64,000 nt of DNA from Armatimonadota bacterium. GTDB lineage: Bacteria > Armatimonadota > SYMT01 > JACQGL01. Shown in pieces: positions 19,027-30,061 of this stretch (its first letter is position 1; the number at the start of each line of letters is the position of its first letter). A model generated the notes under the pieces. It did no database searches and was not told the origin of the DNA. It saw nothing but the letters and a program-made list of their open reading frames with translations. The position numbers were made by a program, and so were the translations under genes. Location: the NCBI GenBank assembly GCA_016199525.1, contig JACQGL010000205.1, positions 712 through 64,711 of the forward strand, given 5' to 3'.

Positions 19027-20670
19027 ATGTCTCCTCGGCGGATCCTGGCGCTCGTGGCCCTCGCCCTCCTGGCGGGCGGGCTCACGTGGGCAGTAACGTG
19101 GCGACTGAGCACCCCGGCTCTGACCCTAAACGCGTCTGAAGCCGCGGCCCGCAAGGCCGTCCGCGTGGCCCCCGCGCGCCTGGAGGAGATCCGCGACACG
19201 GCGCTCGTCAGCGGCATCCTGAAGGGTGGGAGCGAGGCGCGGCTGGCCGCGCAGGTAGCGGCGCCCATCCTCACCGTTCAGGTGCGCGCCGGGGAGCGCG
19301 TGCGACGGAGACAGCGGCTCGTCCAGCTCGATAGCACTACGCTCCAGCGGCAGCTCGCCCAGGCGCAGGCGGCGGTAGACGGGGCCGGGAGCGGGCTGGC
19401 CAGAGCGCGCACGGGCGCACGGCTGAAGTCAACCGAGCTGGCGCACCAGGTGAAGCAGGCCGAGAGTGGGCTGGCCCAGGCGCAGCTTGCCCTGGAGAAG
19501 GCGGAGACGGGCGCCCGCGCCAGCCTGGCCGCAGCACGGAGTGAGGTGGAACGCGCCGCCGCGGCTTGGGATGCAGCCCGCGCTCAGCTCCAACGACTCC
19601 ACGAAGGCGCCCGGCCCGAGCAGATCCGTGCCGCCCAGAGCGGCGTCCGACAGGCGCAGATCGCTCTGGAGGCGGCGCGCAAGAACTACACGGACAGCCA
19701 GCTGCTCCACGATCGTGGCGCGCTCTCTGGCGCTCAGCTGGAAGAGGCCAGGCGACAGCTGGATATAGCCCAGGCCGACGACGACCGCGCGCAGGCAGAG
19801 CTGGAACTCGCTCAGGCAGCCGCCACCCCCGCCGAGATTGCCGCCGCGGAAGCCCAGGCGCGTGAGGCCGAGGCGGGCCTGAACGCCGCTCGCAGTGCGG
19901 AGGAAGCGCACATCGAGGGAACGGCGCAGGAGGTTGCCACCGCGCGGGAGCAGGTGCGCCAGGCAGAAGATACGCTGGCGATGGCGCGCGCCGCACGCGA
20001 TCAGCGCCTGCTCGCCGACGAGGACGTGCGCGCCGCCCAGGCGCAGCTCGACCAGGCCGAGGTCCAGCTGCGCCTGACCCGCGACCAGCTCGCTCACACC
20101 ACCATCGCCAGCCCCGTTGACGGCATCTGCACGGAGGTCCACGCCCACGCGGGAGAGACGGCCGTGCCCGGGATGCCACTGGTCACCGTAGTCTCCAGCG
20201 CGGGCGTGCACCTCGAAGCCGCTGTGCCCGCCCGGCGACTCGACCAGCTCCACCCCGGCCAGCCCGCCCAGATCCAGGTCGATTCGCTGCCGGGCCGTGT
20301 CTTCGAGGGCCAGGTCCGAAGTATCTCCCGCGCCGCGGGACCGGACGGGCGGTCGTTCCCGGTGCTGATCGACGTGCTCACCCATGCCCCAGGTCTCACT
20401 CCGGGCGTCTTCGCCCGTGCCACCGTGGTGACCCAGCGCTCCCCCTCCGCGGTGGTCGTCCCCACCGACGCCCTGCGGATCATCGAAGATCGGACCGTCG
20501 TCTGGGTAGTAGTGGGGCAGCGCGTTGCCGAACGTCCCGTCGAAGTAGGCATCCGCGACGAGCGCCGAGCGCAGATCCGATCCGGCGTGCAGCCGGGGGA
20601 GCGGGTCATCGTCTCCGGGGCGGTAGGCCTGCGAGCCGGGGATCCCGTAACCATTGCCCACGACCGTTAA
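19027..20670 (+). CDS. HlyD-family efflux periplasmic adaptor with a very long coiled-coil hairpin
   Basis: N-terminal TM anchor, ~300 aa of Ala/Gln/Arg-rich coiled coil, and a C-terminal beta-barrel domain. Confidence 0.85.
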   Translation: MSPRRILALVALALLAGGLTWAVTWRLSTPALTLNASEAAARKAVRVAPARLEEIRDTALVSGILKGGSEARLAAQVAAPILTVQVRAGERVRRRQRLVQLDSTTLQRQLAQAQAAVDGAGSGLARARTGARLKSTELAHQVKQAESGLAQAQLALEKAETGARASLAAARSEVERAAAAWDAARAQLQRLHEGARPEQIRAAQSGVRQAQIALEAARKNYTDSQLLHDRGALSGAQLEEARRQLDIAQADDDRAQAELELAQAAATPAEIAAAEAQAREAEAGLNAARSAEEAHIEGTAQEVATAREQVRQAEDTLAMARAARDQRLLADEDVRAAQAQLDQAEVQLRLTRDQLAHTTIASPVDGICTEVHAHAGETAVPGMPLVTVVSSAGVHLEAAVPARRLDQLHPGQPAQIQVDSLPGRVFEGQVRSISRAAGPDGRSFPVLIDVLTHAPGLTPGVFARATVVTQRSPSAVVVPTDALRIIEDRTVVWVVVGQRVAERPVEVGIRDERRAQIRSGVQPGERVIVSGAVGLRAGDPVTIAHDR

Positions 20671-20676
20671 TCCGCT

Positions 20677-23600
20677 ATGGGCCTCACGCGGCTATCGGTA
20701 GAACGCCCGCTCGTCCTCTGCATGGCGGTGGCGGCACTTATCTTGCTGGGGCTGCGCGCGCGCGCCCAGCTCCCCGCGGAGATGGATCCTCGCGTGGATT
20801 TCCCCGTCGTCCACGTCGTCACCGTCTACCCGGGAGCAGGGCCGGAGGAGGTCGAAGAGCAGGTCACACGTCCGCTGGAGGAGGCGGTGGCGGGCGTCAA
20901 CGGCGTGACGAGTGTCAGCTCCAGCTCCCAGGAAAACATTTCCTTCGTGAGCGTCGACTTTCAGCTCGGCACCGATCTGAACGCCGCCACCGCCGACCTG
21001 CGCGCCCGCATCGAGGGACTGCGCAGCGATTTGCCCCCCAACGTGGAAGCACCGACGATCACCAAGCTGGATATCAACGCGCAGCCGATCCTGGTGCTCG
21101 GTGTCACCGGCGCGCGCCCGCTCCAGGATCTGCGCGCCATCGTGGACGACGATATCAAGCCGCAGCTGGCGCGCGTCCCTGGGGTGGCGGCGGCTCAGGT
21201 GGTTGGCGGCCGGCGGCGCGAGGTGCGCGTAGCAATCGATCCCGCGAAACTCCAGCTCTACGGCCTCTCGATTCTGGACGTGCTGGAGCCGCTGCGGGCT
21301 GCTTCGCAGAGCGCCCCCGCGGGGAGCATCGTGCAGGGACAGCGAGATCTGTCCGTGCGCGTCCAGGGGGAGTTTCAATCCCTGAACGACATTCGCGCCG
21401 CGCCCATCCCCCTACCCCAGCCGAGCCGTCCAGACCTGTTGCCGCTGTCGCGCAGCCCAGCCGCGCCCAGCACCCCTCTCCGGCTCGGAGATCTGGCCAC
21501 CGTGTCGGATACCGTGGAGAACCAGGAGCAGATCACCCGCGTGGCGCGGCGGGAGAGTATCGGCATCGTCATCACCCGCCTGTCGGATGCGAACACGGTG
21601 AGCACCGCGGCGGGCATCAAGCGCCAGATCGAGCGCCTGCACGCCACTCTTCCCCCGGACGTGCGGCTGGCCGTGCTCCAGGATAACTCCCAGCGGGTGG
21701 AAGACGCCCTGGAAGACATTTACTTCGCGCTCATCTTCGGCTCACTGCTGGCGGTGCTGGTCGTCTTTACGTTCCTGCACAGCGTCAAGGACACGGTGAT
21801 CGTTGCCCTGGCGATCCCCACCAGCATTATCACCACCTTCCTGGTGATGTGGGCGGGCCGGTTCACGCTGAACCAGATGACTATGCTCGCCCTCTCCCTG
21901 TCGGTCGGCATCCTGGTGGATGACAGCATCCTGGTGCTGGACTGCATCCACCGTCACCGCCACCGGGGGAAGGAGCCGCACCAGGCGGCGCTGGACGGGC
22001 GCGCGGAGATCGGCCTGGCCGACGCCACCAACACCCTGGTGGATGTGGTGGTGTTCGTGCCCATCGCCTTTATGGGCGGGATGGTGGGGCAGTTCTTCCG
22101 CCAATTCGGGCTGACGGTCGCCACTGCCACCCTGATGTCGATGTATGTCTCCTTCAGCCTTACCCCGATGCTGGCCGCTCACTGGTTCCGCCCGGGGGAG
22201 GGGCTGGGATCGCCGCAGACCCGCTTCGCCCGCTGGTTCGATCGGCAGTACGGGGCCCTGGATCACGCTTACCGGGGTGTGCTGCGATGGGCGCTGGGAC
22301 GGCGACCGCTGGTAGTGGGCGGAGGGTTCGGGTCGCTCGCCATCGCTGTCCTGCTGGCCTGGCGAGTGGTGGGGTTCGACTTCGTGCCACCCGTAGATCA
22401 CGGCCAGGTAGCGGTGACCCTCCAGATGCCGCCGGAAGCATCCTTGGCCGCCACGGACCGGATGATGCGTCAGATCGAGGACGTGGCCGTCCAGGTGCCG
22501 GAGGTGGCCGAAGAGCGGATGTTCGCCAGCCTGGGAGAGATTATCGGCGGGTTCGGCTCACTGCCCGAGCGAGGGCCGCAGTTCGCCCAGCTAACGCTTA
22601 CTCTGCGCGACAAGGACAGCCTCCTGGACCGGGTGCTGCACCCGTTCGGTGGCTCCGGCAAGCGGCAGCGCAGCGATGAGGAGGTAGCCGCGGACCTCCG
22701 CCGGCGGCTAGCGCAGATGGGAGCGGCGGGGAGGATCATCGTCTCGCCCGTGCGCGCGTTCACCGGCTCCCTGGCGCCCCTGCAGCTCGGTCTCTATGGT
22801 ACGGATCTAAACGAGCTGGAACGGGCTACCGGGCGCGTGCTCGACGTATTTGCCAGCGTACCGGGGTTGCGGAACCCCGACAGTTCCCTGCGCCGCGGTA
22901 AGCCCGAAGTGCAGCTGCGCGTGGAGCGCGAGCGGGCGGCGGACCAGTTCGTCACGCCCGCGGAGGTGGCAGGCGCCCTGCGGGTAGCCTTAGAAGGTGA
23001 TACCAGCGTGCGTTACCGCGAGGGCGGGCACAGCTATGCCGTCCGCGTGCAGCTCGCCCGCGCGGGGCGCAGCCGGCCGGAAGCGCTCCAGGACCTGGTC
23101 GTCGCGCGGCGGGGAGACCACCCGGTGTTCGTGGGCGACGTGACCACCCTCGGGTTCGGCACGGGGCCGACGAAGATTCTACGGCGGGACCGCGTGCGAC
23201 GGGTGGTGATCACCGCCGAGCTGGCGCCCGGGGTATCCCTTGGGGCAGCCCAGGAAGCGGTGGAACGCCGCCTGCGGCAGGTGGATCTGGGCAACGTGCG
23301 GCGCGTCTGGGAGGGCGAGTACGACGATATGATCGAGAGCACGGGCCACATGATCAGCGTCCTCCTGCTCTCCATCGCCCTTTCCTACATATTGATGGCC
23401 GCTCTGTTTAACTCCCTGGTCCACCCGCTGACGATCGTGCTCAGCGTGCCCATGGCCCTGGTGGGGGCGATCCTGGGGCTGATCTTCACGGGCACCACGC
23501 TAAACATCGTGTCGATGATCGGCATCATTATGCTGGTGGGCCTGGTGGCCAAGAACGCCATCCTGCTGGTGGACTATACGAACACGTTGCGCGCCGGGGG

Positions 23601-23865
23601 TCTCGCGCGCGAGGCCGCGCTCCAGGAAGCAGCGCCCGTGCGCCTCCGCCCCATCCTGATGACCACCCTCTCCACCCTGTTCGGGATGCTGCCTATCGCG
23701 TTACGGATCGGGCGCGCCGCGGAGATGCGCGCCCCCATGGCGATCGCCGTGATCGGCGGCCTGGCGCTCTCCACGCTGCTCACGCTGGTAGTGATCCCCG
23801 TTGTCTATACCTACTTCGATGATCTCTCCCGGTGGCTGAAGAAGCTGTGGGGCAGGCAGGGGTAG
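20677..23865 (+). CDS. RND efflux permease (HAE1/AcrB-like)
   Basis: 1062 aa with the canonical RND TM and periplasmic loop pattern. Confidence 0.9.
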   Translation: MGLTRLSVERPLVLCMAVAALILLGLRARAQLPAEMDPRVDFPVVHVVTVYPGAGPEEVEEQVTRPLEEAVAGVNGVTSVSSSSQENISFVSVDFQLGTDLNAATADLRARIEGLRSDLPPNVEAPTITKLDINAQPILVLGVTGARPLQDLRAIVDDDIKPQLARVPGVAAAQVVGGRRREVRVAIDPAKLQLYGLSILDVLEPLRAASQSAPAGSIVQGQRDLSVRVQGEFQSLNDIRAAPIPLPQPSRPDLLPLSRSPAAPSTPLRLGDLATVSDTVENQEQITRVARRESIGIVITRLSDANTVSTAAGIKRQIERLHATLPPDVRLAVLQDNSQRVEDALEDIYFALIFGSLLAVLVVFTFLHSVKDTVIVALAIPTSIITTFLVMWAGRFTLNQMTMLALSLSVGILVDDSILVLDCIHRHRHRGKEPHQAALDGRAEIGLADATNTLVDVVVFVPIAFMGGMVGQFFRQFGLTVATATLMSMYVSFSLTPMLAAHWFRPGEGLGSPQTRFARWFDRQYGALDHAYRGVLRWALGRRPLVVGGGFGSLAIAVLLAWRVVGFDFVPPVDHGQVAVTLQMPPEASLAATDRMMRQIEDVAVQVPEVAEERMFASLGEIIGGFGSLPERGPQFAQLTLTLRDKDSLLDRVLHPFGGSGKRQRSDEEVAADLRRRLAQMGAAGRIIVSPVRAFTGSLAPLQLGLYGTDLNELERATGRVLDVFASVPGLRNPDSSLRRGKPEVQLRVERERAADQFVTPAEVAGALRVALEGDTSVRYREGGHSYAVRVQLARAGRSRPEALQDLVVARRGDHPVFVGDVTTLGFGTGPTKILRRDRVRRVVITAELAPGVSLGAAQEAVERRLRQVDLGNVRRVWEGEYDDMIESTGHMISVLLLSIALSYILMAALFNSLVHPLTIVLSVPMALVGAILGLIFTGTTLNIVSMIGIIMLVGLVAKNAILLVDYTNTLRAGGLAREAALQEAAPVRLRPILMTTLSTLFGMLPIALRIGRAAEMRAPMAIAVIGGLALSTLLTLVVIPVVYTYFDDLSRWLKKLWGRQG

Positions 23866-24257
23866 TCACCACGGAGACGCGGAGAGGGAAGTATGGGGGA
23901 ATGGGGAGTTTAGAATGGAGAGTGGGCGGGCCAGCCAGCGGGAGTGCGGGGGACAAGCGCCGGACGCGGGGCGGAGCGCAACCCGGAGGCCAGCTGGGCG
24001 TTGGTACTTACGGAATGATCGGCTGGCGGGCCGGGCAGTAACGGGAGCCGGGTTCGATCAGGGGGACGGCAGCCCAGTTTCCTCGAGACGCCATCAAACT
24101 ACCGGCGGCCTGGCGGGGTCCTGATCTAGCCAGACTCTGAAGTTCCCGGGGCTGGAGCCCGATTTCATCGGGATTCCGTCAAGATGCGCGTGGAGAAGCT
24201 GTCTCCGGTAACCTGACGGAAAGCCGACGCAGCCGGGCTCATCCGGAGGACAGGCTT

Positions 24258-24467
24258 ATGGGCAGCGGCGAACGCAGGGCGCTCAAGGCGATCATCTTCA
24301 CTCTGCTGGCAGGGCTGCTTCTGCTCTTGTTCCCCAGGGTCGCGGCCGACATCATTATGCCCCCCCGCCTGGATGAGGACGACGCCGTCCTGTTCACGCG
24401 CTGCCTGGGCGCGCTGCTCACCCTCATCGGGCTAGGCTGCGTGGTCTACGTCCTCACGCACCGCTGA
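24258..24467 (+). CDS. Small two-TM membrane protein (hypothetical)
   Basis: GGAGGA RBS 8 nt upstream, and two hydrophobic helices. Confidence 0.4.
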   Translation: MGSGERRALKAIIFTLLAGLLLLLFPRVAADIIMPPRLDEDDAVLFTRCLGALLTLIGLGCVVYVLTHR

Positions 24468-24592
24468 AGGTGCGTCCGAGATAGGGGAAGCGGACGGACG
24501 GCCGTGGTCGCCCGCCCCCTCCACGGATCACCCCGTCACCCTGTCACCGCGGCTCCCGCTCTCCCATTCCACCCCGCCGTGCGGGGCCCCGC

Positions 24593-25057
24593 CTACCGCC
24601 GCCCGCGGCCCCGCGGCCGGCGCACGCGGCCCATGGCGTGGTCGATCTCCTCCGCAGTGGCCTGTATCCGCTCCCAATCGTTCCGAATGCCGCGCTTCAC
24701 GTGGGCGTGCAGGATGCGCGGCTCGGCGCCCTCCAGCGTGGCGGCCAGCTGGCTCCAGGCGAGGCGGAAGTCGGCGTCGCGGCCCTGCTCGTCCAGCAGC
24801 AGCCGGAACGCGCGCGCCTGGCCGAAGACCGTCCCCGCGGCCATCAGGGCAGCGGTCTCCGCCGAGCCCTCACGGCGCTCGCCCTGGTGGTGCATGTCCT
24901 CCGCCAGGCTCTCCAGGAGATCGCCCGCCCGCTTCTGGAGTTCCTCGGCTTTGGGCGTCAGCCGGTGCTCGGCCCGGGCAACTCGCTGCCCCGCCAGCCA
25001 GGCGGCAGGCGCCAGTCCTGCGGCTAGAAAAGAGAGCCCAAATCGCCTGCGTGTCAT
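24593..25057 (-). CDS. Tat-signal secreted hypothetical protein
   Basis: N-terminus MTRRRFGLSFLAAGLAPAAWLAGQRVARA, a twin-arginine-type signal peptide. Confidence 0.55.
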   Translation of the reverse strand: MTRRRFGLSFLAAGLAPAAWLAGQRVARAEHRLTPKAEELQKRAGDLLESLAEDMHHQGERREGSAETAALMAAGTVFGQARAFRLLLDEQGRDADFRLAWSQLAATLEGAEPRILHAHVKRGIRNDWERIQATAEEIDHAMGRVRRPRGRGRR

Positions 25058-25630
25058 CCGTACCCCCTGTTTCTAACGATCCAATAGGCGCGCGCGGAGA
25101 GGATTCTTCCGGCGCTCCATCCGCCAGAGGGATGCCCGCCCTTCTTCTCGCACGGGTACCGCGGTGCCGGAGTGGGAACCGGCAGTCTTGTTCCGACCGC
25201 GGCCCGGGTAACGACCGCCCGCCGCCCCATCTTATCCTTCGGCCGGAGGTCAACGCCGCTCCAGAACCGGCGCCCACACCCTATTGGACCCGGCGCCCGC
25301 CGCCCGGTTCCTTGGAAGCGCGACCGGGCCACTGCCCATGCTAACACCCGTGCTCTCCCCCACCCTCACTCGTTCTCTTACTCGAGGGGCTGTCGAACAG
25401 GAGTAAGAGTAGGAACATCAGCACGACAGGTGTAACAACCCAGAGACAGCCGTAAGCGCTCTCATCCGCGCCACGGAAGCGATGCGCGCGTGATGCAGCT
25501 GGCGGCGGAGATAATGGTTCTGGAGGTGGCAAGCAGCGGCGGAGGTGCCTGAAGTCGGCGACGGTAGCCCAGGCACCTCCGCTCGGAGAACCTCGTCCAA
25601 AAAGAGGCGATCCACGTTCCTGGCGCGTCA

Positions 25631-26542
25631 GTGGCTATGAAACAGGTCGTCAGCGTTAGCCTGGGGTCGCGGAAAGGGGACCTGGAGGTCGAAACCGAGT
25701 TCCTCGGCCAGCGCTTCCGCATCCGCCGCGAGGGCACGGATGGCGACTTCCGCCGCGCCCTGGAGCGAATCACGGCGCTGGACGGTCAGGTGGATGCCAT
25801 TGGCCTGGGTGGGATCGATCTGTACGTCTATGCCGGGGGACGCCGGTACACCATCCGGGACGCCGCGCGGCTTGCCGCCAGGGCACAGAAGACCCCGGTG
25901 GTGGACGGCAGCGGGATCAAGCACACCCTCGAGCGCCAAGCGGTCTGCTGGCTGGATGACCAGGGAGTCCTGCCGCTGCGCGGTTGCCGGACGCTGCTGG
26001 TGAGCGCCGTAGACCGCTTCGGGATGGCAGAAGCGCTCGCGGAGCGGGGAGCAGACGTCATTTATGGCGATCTGATTTTCGGCCTGGGTTTGCCGATCCC
26101 GATCCGCTCCATCGGCGCGCTGCGGCGCCTGGCGCGGGCAGTGCTGCCCATAGTCACCCGTCTACCGTTCCAGTGGTTCTATCCTACAGGCAAACAGCAG
26201 GAAACGTTTCAGCGGCGCTCACCCCGCTACTACCACTGGGCGGAGCTGCTGGCGGGAGACTTCCATTACGTGCGCCGTTACCTGCCCCCGCGTGTAGATG
26301 GCAAGGTCGTACTCACCAACACAGTCCGCGCTCATCACGTGGAGATGCTCGCGCAGCGAGGGATCCGATTACTGGTCACCACCACCCCCGAGTTTGGCGG
26401 GCACTCGTTCGCCACCAACGTAATGGAAGGGGTGCTGGTCGCGCTGCTGGAAAAGCGTCCCGCAGAGGCTACAGAGAAGGAGTACCTGGATCTGCTGGCG
26501 CGGCTGGGCTGGTCACCGCGGTTAACGCCCCTGTCGGTTTGA
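25631..26542 (+). CDS. Conserved hypothetical protein (possibly AroM/Asp-Glu racemase-like fold)
   Basis: 303-aa ORF with globular composition. No confident family assignment from sequence alone. Confidence 0.5.
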   Translation: MAMKQVVSVSLGSRKGDLEVETEFLGQRFRIRREGTDGDFRRALERITALDGQVDAIGLGGIDLYVYAGGRRYTIRDAARLAARAQKTPVVDGSGIKHTLERQAVCWLDDQGVLPLRGCRTLLVSAVDRFGMAEALAERGADVIYGDLIFGLGLPIPIRSIGALRRLARAVLPIVTRLPFQWFYPTGKQQETFQRRSPRYYHWAELLAGDFHYVRRYLPPRVDGKVVLTNTVRAHHVEMLAQRGIRLLVTTTPEFGGHSFATNVMEGVLVALLEKRPAEATEKEYLDLLARLGWSPRLTPLSV

Positions 26543-26775
26543 CAGGTGTTGACGCCAGTGATATACTAACGCGAAAAATTGGGTAGGGTCCTGTAAGCAC
26601 TGGTTTGCCCGTTGGGCATCAGTGCTTCTCTGTTATCGCCCGCATCCATTTGCCAGGCGGATGCGGATTGGTACAAGTGGTACAAGCAGGTTGCGGGCTT
26701 CTTGACCAGGGCGTATCCCGCGCCTGAACCGGGGTCCGGCCATCCGCCGGGCCTTTGAGTTAAAGGAGCACCAGA

Positions 26776-27264
26776 TTGAGCGAAAGGCAAATCATTCTTA
26801 CTGCCTCCGGCTACCGGCGCATTGAGAAGGAACTGAACGAACTTCTGACCGTGCGCCGCAGTCGGGTGGCGGGCGATATTCGGGCCGCCAAGTCGTTCGG
26901 GGACGTGGCGGAAAACCCTGAATACGAGAGTGCCAAGGCGGAGCAGGCGTTCCTGGAAGGTCGCATCCTGGAGCTCAAGAGTATTCTCAACTCCGCACGT
27001 ATCATCGATGATCGGGATGCACCCACGGATGTAGTGGGCGTGGGCTCCGTCGTCCGCGTGCGCGATCTTGAACACCGGGATGAATGGGATTACACTATCG
27101 TCGGCTCTGTGGAGGCAGATCCGGAGGCGGATCGCATCTCCAACGAGTCGCCCATCGGACAGGCTCTCTTGGGCCGCAGGGTGGGCGATACTGTGGAAGT
27201 AAGCGTACCTGTTGGCAAGGCCAGGTACCAGATCGTCTCTATCCGCCGTTTACAGGACGAGTGA
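26776..27264 (+). CDS. greA: Transcription elongation factor GreA
   Basis: 162 aa with an N-terminal coiled-coil and a C-terminal FKBP-like domain. Motifs FGDVAENPEYESAK and GSVEADP. Confidence 0.92.
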   Translation: MSERQIILTASGYRRIEKELNELLTVRRSRVAGDIRAAKSFGDVAENPEYESAKAEQAFLEGRILELKSILNSARIIDDRDAPTDVVGVGSVVRVRDLEHRDEWDYTIVGSVEADPEADRISNESPIGQALLGRRVGDTVEVSVPVGKARYQIVSIRRLQDE

Positions 27265-27528
27265 CGGAACGGACGGCGGCCCCATCCGTAGCCCAACCGC
27301 CGAAGAGCGGCGATCCGGAGGAGGAATGACGAGGGACGAGCCGCGATTGCCAGAAAGCAGCTCTGCAAAGCCTGGTGATGAGCGGCCGTGCCCTGCGTAG
27401 GCGCGCTACGCGCGGCGCGGGTGCCGATTCCCTATTCTTGTCTTCACTCGGCGAAGGCAAGCAAGGGGCGGAAGCGCCGTCGCGAGCGCTTTCTTTTCGC
27501 CCCTGACTTTCCGACCTGCGGGGACCTT

Positions 27529-29046
27529 GTGGACGAACAGCAGGAACTCACCGACCAGATTACAGTGCGGCGCGAAAAGCTCGCCGAACTCCGCCGCCGC
27601 GGCGTGGACCCGTTCACCACCGAGCGGTACCCCCGCACACATACCACCACCGAAGCGGCGGCGGCCTTCCGCGAGTGGGAACAGGTGGGCGAAGCAGCGG
27701 ACCCTCCCACGGCGGCGATCGCGGGCCGTGTGACCTCCCGACGGATAATGGGTAGGAAGGCCGCCTTCCTTGATCTGAGCGACCAGCACGGCCGGCTCCA
27801 GCTCTATGTCCGCGAAGACCATCTCGGGCCGGAGGCGTTCACCCTGCTCGAGTTCCTGGATGTGGGAGACATTATCGGCGCCCGCGGTCCCGTCTTTCGC
27901 ACCCGTGCGGGTGAGATTACCCTCGACACGCACGAGCTGCACATCCTTACCAAGGCGCTTCGCCCGCTGCCTGTGGCCAAAGAGCGCGAGGGCCACGTTT
28001 GGGGCGGCCTCCAGGACGTGGAGCAGCGCTATCGCCAGCGCTATGTGGATCTGGCCATCCACCCCCAGGTCCGCGATCAGTTCCTGCGTCGCAGCCGTAT
28101 TATCTCCGAAATACGCCGCTTTTATGAGGAGCATGGCTACGTGGAGGTGGAGACTCCCGTCCTCCAGACCGTTGCCGGTGGGGCGGCGGCGCGACCGTTC
28201 GTTACCTATCACCACGCGCTGGACCTGGAACTGCACCTGCGCATTTCTCTGGAGCTCTTCCTGAAGCGGCTGCTCGTCGGCGGCGTCGAGAAGGTCTTCG
28301 AGATCGGCCGCGTGTTCCGCAACGAGGGAGTCTCGACGCGCCACAATCCCGAGTTCACCCTCCTGGAGTCCTACGAGGCGTACGCGAACCTCGAAGATAT
28401 CCAAGACCTGGTGGAGCAGCTCATCTGCCGCTTAGCAGTGGCGCTCTGGCACCGTCCGGCGGTGCCATTCCGCGGAGAGTGGATCGACGTGACCCCGCCC
28501 TGGCCCCGCCTGCCGCTCCTGGAGGGCATCGCCCGCTACGCGGGAATTGGCCCTGCCGAACTCGAAGAGTTCGACAGCGCGCGCCACGCTGCGGAGCGAG
28601 CCGGGCTGGACGTCAGCCAGGAGACCCATCTGGGCGGGCTCCTCGAAAAGCTCCACGAGCGGTTCACCCAACCGCACCTGGAGCAGCCGACGTTCATCAC
28701 TGACTTCCCGATCGAGACCTCCCCTCTGGCCAAAAAGCGGCCTGATAACCCGCGACTCACCCGCCGGTTTGAAGCCTACCTGGCAACGCAGGAGATCGCC
28801 AACGCGTTCTCGGAGATCAACGATCCGATCGATCAGCGGGAGCGGTTCCTTGTCCAGGCGCGGCTGCGGGCCGCGGGCGACTTGGAAGCACACCCGATGG
28901 ACGAAGATTTCCTTCGTGCCCTGGAGTACGGTATGCCGCCTGCGGGAGGCCTGGGGATTGGCGTGGACCGCCTAGTTATGGTGCTCACCGATACGGAGTC
29001 TATACGGGACGTGATCCTGTTCCCATTGATGCGCCCGGAGCGGTAG
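27529..29046 (+). CDS. lysS: Lysine--tRNA ligase (class II). The probable start is GTG at 27529; an upstream ATG at 27388 is also in frame.
   Basis: N-terminus ELTDQITVRREKLAELRRRG, class II motifs, and C-terminal GMPPAGGLGIGVDRLVMVLT. Confidence 0.9.
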   Translation: MDEQQELTDQITVRREKLAELRRRGVDPFTTERYPRTHTTTEAAAAFREWEQVGEAADPPTAAIAGRVTSRRIMGRKAAFLDLSDQHGRLQLYVREDHLGPEAFTLLEFLDVGDIIGARGPVFRTRAGEITLDTHELHILTKALRPLPVAKEREGHVWGGLQDVEQRYRQRYVDLAIHPQVRDQFLRRSRIISEIRRFYEEHGYVEVETPVLQTVAGGAAARPFVTYHHALDLELHLRISLELFLKRLLVGGVEKVFEIGRVFRNEGVSTRHNPEFTLLESYEAYANLEDIQDLVEQLICRLAVALWHRPAVPFRGEWIDVTPPWPRLPLLEGIARYAGIGPAELEEFDSARHAAERAGLDVSQETHLGGLLEKLHERFTQPHLEQPTFITDFPIETSPLAKKRPDNPRLTRRFEAYLATQEIANAFSEINDPIDQRERFLVQARLRAAGDLEAHPMDEDFLRALEYGMPPAGGLGIGVDRLVMVLTDTESIRDVILFPLMRPER

Positions 29047-29071
29047 TCGGTGGCCCGAAGGAATCAGTCTC

Positions 29072-29596
29072 GTGGCCGTCACCCCGGATGAATTCAGATC
29101 TGTCCTCGCGCAATGGGCCAGCGGTCTCACCGTGGTGACTACCTGGCGGGTAGGCGGCATCCACGGGATGACCGCCAGTTCCTTCTGTTCTGTCTCACTG
29201 GCGCCGCCCCTGATCCTCGTCTGCGTGGATCGCGCCACGCGCATCCATGCCTATATCCAGGAGCAGAAAGCGTTCGGGGTAAACCTACTGCGTGTGGACC
29301 AGGAGGAGCTCTCGCGCCTCTGCGCGGGTGTGCACGGAGAACAGGGAAACTGGCTGGAGGGCGTCCCGTACCGGACCGCTACCACCCACGCGCCGCTCCT
29401 GGTGCATTGCCTGGCGTGGCTGGATTGTTCTCTCTGGCAGGCCTATGACGGCGGCGACCACACGATTTTCGTCGGCCAGGTGGAGGCGTCCGGCGTTAGT
29501 GGGGGTGAGCCGCTGCTCTGGTACAACCGTGGCCACCGGCGGCTGGCTACGGCGGCGCGGAACCAACCACCGACGGATGCGGATAAGCGCGGGTAA
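29072..29596 (+). CDS. Flavin reductase family protein (HpaC-like)
   Basis: Flavin_Reduct domain signature (SFCSVSLAPPLILVC, GDHTIFVGQVE). Confidence 0.8.
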   Translation: MAVTPDEFRSVLAQWASGLTVVTTWRVGGIHGMTASSFCSVSLAPPLILVCVDRATRIHAYIQEQKAFGVNLLRVDQEELSRLCAGVHGEQGNWLEGVPYRTATTHAPLLVHCLAWLDCSLWQAYDGGDHTIFVGQVEASGVSGGEPLLWYNRGHRRLATAARNQPPTDADKRG

Positions 29597-30061
29597 GCCG
29601 AGCACGTAGCGCCTGCCGTACCTGATCCGACTGACGAAAATCCCTCTGATGGCGCGCCCATCCCGATTTCTCGGGATCCGCCGCCAGGGCCGGATACTCG
29701 ACCATTCTGGGGCAGAGGTGGTTCTCGCACAACCCCTCCAGCTCGCGCGCGCCCGTACGGGAGTGCGGCCCGGCAAACGGCGCAGGTCCCGACTGCGTCG
29801 GAATCGCCAACCGCAGCCCGAACGCCGCGCTGCCCTCCAGGGTGGCCAGGTAACCCGTGCGGTCCTGCCAAACGGACCATTGCTCTGGTTCCCGAACAAC
29901 GGTGTGCACGCAGGTCACCGTTTACAGCGCGAGCGGGGGTCACGAATTCGGCGGCTCTGGTTAGCCAGACGCGCCAAAGGTGGGCTATAATCACACACCA
30001 CGCGTAGTACGTTGCACGCGAAAACAGCCCCCGGCACCAACCCAGAGGCACTTGCAGCACA

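Noticed and set aside
19429-20661. 410-aa ORF antisense to the HlyD adaptor gene
   Set aside because: Reverse-strand artefact of a GC-rich coiled-coil gene.
29547-29918. 123-aa minus-strand ORF in the 465-bp gap after the flavin reductase gene
   Set aside because: GTG start without an RBS, overlap with the flavin reductase 3' end, and no recognisable motifs. It may be real but is unsupported.
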